Shown piece by piece: positions 61,561 to 64,000 of a DNA stretch of 64,000 nucleotides. A program made the translations under genes and the position numbers. The notes beneath the pieces are model-generated. The model did not search any database and was not told where the DNA came from. It was given only the letters and a program-made list of their open reading frames with translations. How positions within the stretch are numbered: position 1 is the first letter of the stretch; each line of letters opens with the position of its first letter. Origin of the DNA: Octopus vulgaris (Eukaryota); assembly GCA_951406725.2 (NCBI GenBank), contig OX597831.1:3038001-3102000 (forward strand), read 5' to 3'.

Positions 61561-62340
61561 GTAAAAAATCATAAAATGTTCATGAATAATACGTGTCGCA
61601 ATTTTGGGGGATTCAAATTGCCTTGAAAAACAGGCACTGTCTAATTTAGGCAACAAAGCCAGCAATTCTGGACAAGGATCTTATTGGATTTCGGAGATAC
61701 GAAAGGCAAATTTGACATCAGCGATATGTATAACACGCAATAATCCAATATGTTAGTTTTAATTATTTTATATTACGTAAAACAAATTTATATGTAATAA
61801 TAATTTAATCTAAAAAATAACAAAGCTTTATTATATTATTTTAACAGGTTTACTGTTTGGTACAACTGACGTAAGTAAATTAAAACTGTTTTTCTTCTCC
61901 AGGTTTCTCTTTCTGCAAAAACACCCAAGAAATATGACTGGATACCGCAATCAGCATAATTTGGTTGGTGATGGATTAGATTTATAATTTGGAGAAATGT
62001 TTTTTTTTTTCTATATGTCTGTAGAAAGTAAAGTCATGAAGTGTAAGAGAGAAGGAGAGAGAAAAGAAGAGGGAAAGCTATCGTACAGTGAATTACGGTT
62101 GCTTTTCTGTAGACGAAACTTTCAGTAATAAAAGAACTTGAAAGCCATTTTGTGATACAAGTATATTCAAATTAGAATTTTTAGAATTTTCTATACAGTG
62201 TAGACTTTGATAATTGCTTTCTGTTAATAAAATTTACACACTCCAAATTAGCTAATAAGCGGCTTTTTAAAACTATAGCTAGATTAAATTTTTTGCTTAA
62301 CATAAGTAAGCGGGGACAAATTTGCTCAGCAATACTAAGC

Positions 62341-62391
<51 letters not shown>

Positions 62392-62399
62392 AATAAATG

Positions 62400-62642
62400 C
62401 ACCCTTTTAAAGCCTAGCCAGGCTCATGGGCCCGGTTTCCTGGTTTCAATGGCGTATGTGTTCCCCAGCTGGACGGGACGCCAGTCCATCGCAGCGTTAC
62501 TTATTTTTGCCAGCTGAGTGGACTGGAGCAATGTGAAATGAAGTGTTTTGCTCAAGAACACAACGCGTCGCACGGTCCAGAAATCGAAACCACAATTTTA
62601 CGATCATGATGCTGACACCCTAACCACTAAACCACGCGCCTC
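62400..62642 (-). mobile_element. tRNA-derived SINE with C'-type tail
   Basis: Minus-strand head gaggcgcgtggtttagtggttagggtgtcagc...ggtttcgatttc; tail gaaaccaggaaaccgggcccatgagcctggct. Confidence 0.82.
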
Positions 62643-62655
62643 TACACACACACAC

Positions 62656-62702
<47 letters not shown>

Positions 62703-62711
62703 CACACATCA

Positions 62712-62880
62712 TTGAAATTCATAGAAAAACAAAAGACGGAGACAGGTGTAAGAACAACAAGCAGGTGTATTAGTTTGACGCTCGGGAAAGTGACAAAGTC
62801 TTTTATGTTTCGAGCCTACGCTCTTCAGCAGAAAGGAATAAGAGAAAATAAACAGAAATGTAACGGTCAAGCATGGCGAC
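62712..62880 (-). mobile_element. Penelope-like terminal-repeat fragment with hammerhead-like motif (62800-62835)
   Basis: Same family as 18380-18860. Confidence 0.6.
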
Positions 62881-64000
62881 TGAAAGACTTAAAAAAATTG
62901 TGGATTTAGCGATATCCTTTTAATCTTGATTAATTTTGGCGAAAAATGTAAGTATTATGCATAGGAAGTTACATGGTGCCTACATAGGCACCATGAGTTT
63001 GCTATGAAGGAAACACTGTCAGCATGTTGGAGACTGGGAATTGTAATAATGGTCGTACATAGTGGATGTAGCTGTATCGAAGATTGACTATTGTGATAGC
63101 ACTGTATTATATAAATCATGATATGGCGTGTAATGTTGCATGGTACGTTCTATGGCAATGAACAGCAGTGCAGTATGCTGTATCTTCTATGTTATAGTCT
63201 TGCTGCGTTGTGTGTAGTGTCTTCCATACTAAAGCACTATTTTGTGCTGCAGTCTTAGTTATACGTATAGTGTTACTTTTGATCAAGTTGACCAATAATA
63301 AAAGGCGTTCCGGTTATGACCATCCCGCTTTATTATGTATCTGTTATATACAGCAGATTAAGCGACTACAGACAGATTCTCTCGTTGGATCGTGCAATGT
63401 AAGCGGGGACAAAAAGCCGCTTATTAGCTAATTTGGAGTATGTAAATTTTATTAACAGAAAGCAATTATCAAAGTCTACACTGTATAGAAAATTCTAAAA
63501 ATTCTAATTTGAATATACTTGTATCACAATATGGCTTTCAAGTTCTTTTATTACTGAAAGTTTCGTCTACAGAAAAGCAACCGTAATTCACTGTACGATG
63601 GCTTTCCCTCTTCTTTTCTCTCTCTTTCTTTCTCCCTCTCCTTCTCTCTTACACTTCAGTAATGTGGTTTGGCGTGTAAGGTGTATAGCATACCGTAGTA
63701 TGGTTTATAGTATGATGTCGTGGCTTCTATGGCATAGTATAGCGTGGTTGATCGTATAGTTTTGCAGGTTCTATGGCTTAGTATAGTGTAAGCATGAGCA
63801 ACCTTTTCAGAAGCAGGTCACATGAGACACAACTTACCGTCAGGCGCACCGCGTTACTAAAATACATTAGAGGCAATTTTTCGTTAAGCAAACCATTCAG
63901 AAAGCCTCATGGGATGCACTTTGTCCATAACAGGTTTAATGTTGTGGTTTCTCTGGTTTCGTACGGTGGATTCTGCCTTACAGTGCAATGGGTTCTATGG

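Larger units (their letters stand above)
62037..63658. repeat. Near-perfect inverted repeat, arms 62037-62268 and 63411-63658
   Basis: Manual alignment gives 3 substitutions plus one 16-bp indel over 232 bp. Confidence 0.93.

Overview
This is AT-rich, repeat-dominated eukaryotic DNA, intronic or intergenic. No host protein-coding gene, rRNA, true tRNA gene or CRISPR array is recognisable. The tRNA-derived SINE families and the extreme microsatellite load suggest an octopus (coleoid cephalopod) genome; this is inferred from recall, not from a search. Almost all ORFs in the track are microsatellite or SINE artefacts. Real content: (1) dozens of copies of at least four SINE-type families; (2) truncated non-LTR retrotransposon remnants of R4/Dong-like (restriction-like endonuclease) and RTE type; (3) four GG-terminated MITEs with 8-bp TSDs (Merlin-like) and one TA-flanked Tc1/mariner-pogo MITE; (4) non-autonomous Helitrons; (5) Penelope-like terminal-repeat fragments carrying minimal hammerhead-ribozyme folds; (6) long inverted repeats and higher-order microsatellite arrays. 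The most notable signals are a hammerhead with a large branched helix II at about 5.4 kb, a second dispersed hammerhead-like family with helix I covariation, an R4-like LINE that appears to sit in (TACA)n microsatellites, and a near-perfect 232-bp inverted duplication at 62-63.7 kb. Coordinates were counted by eye and may be off by a few bases.
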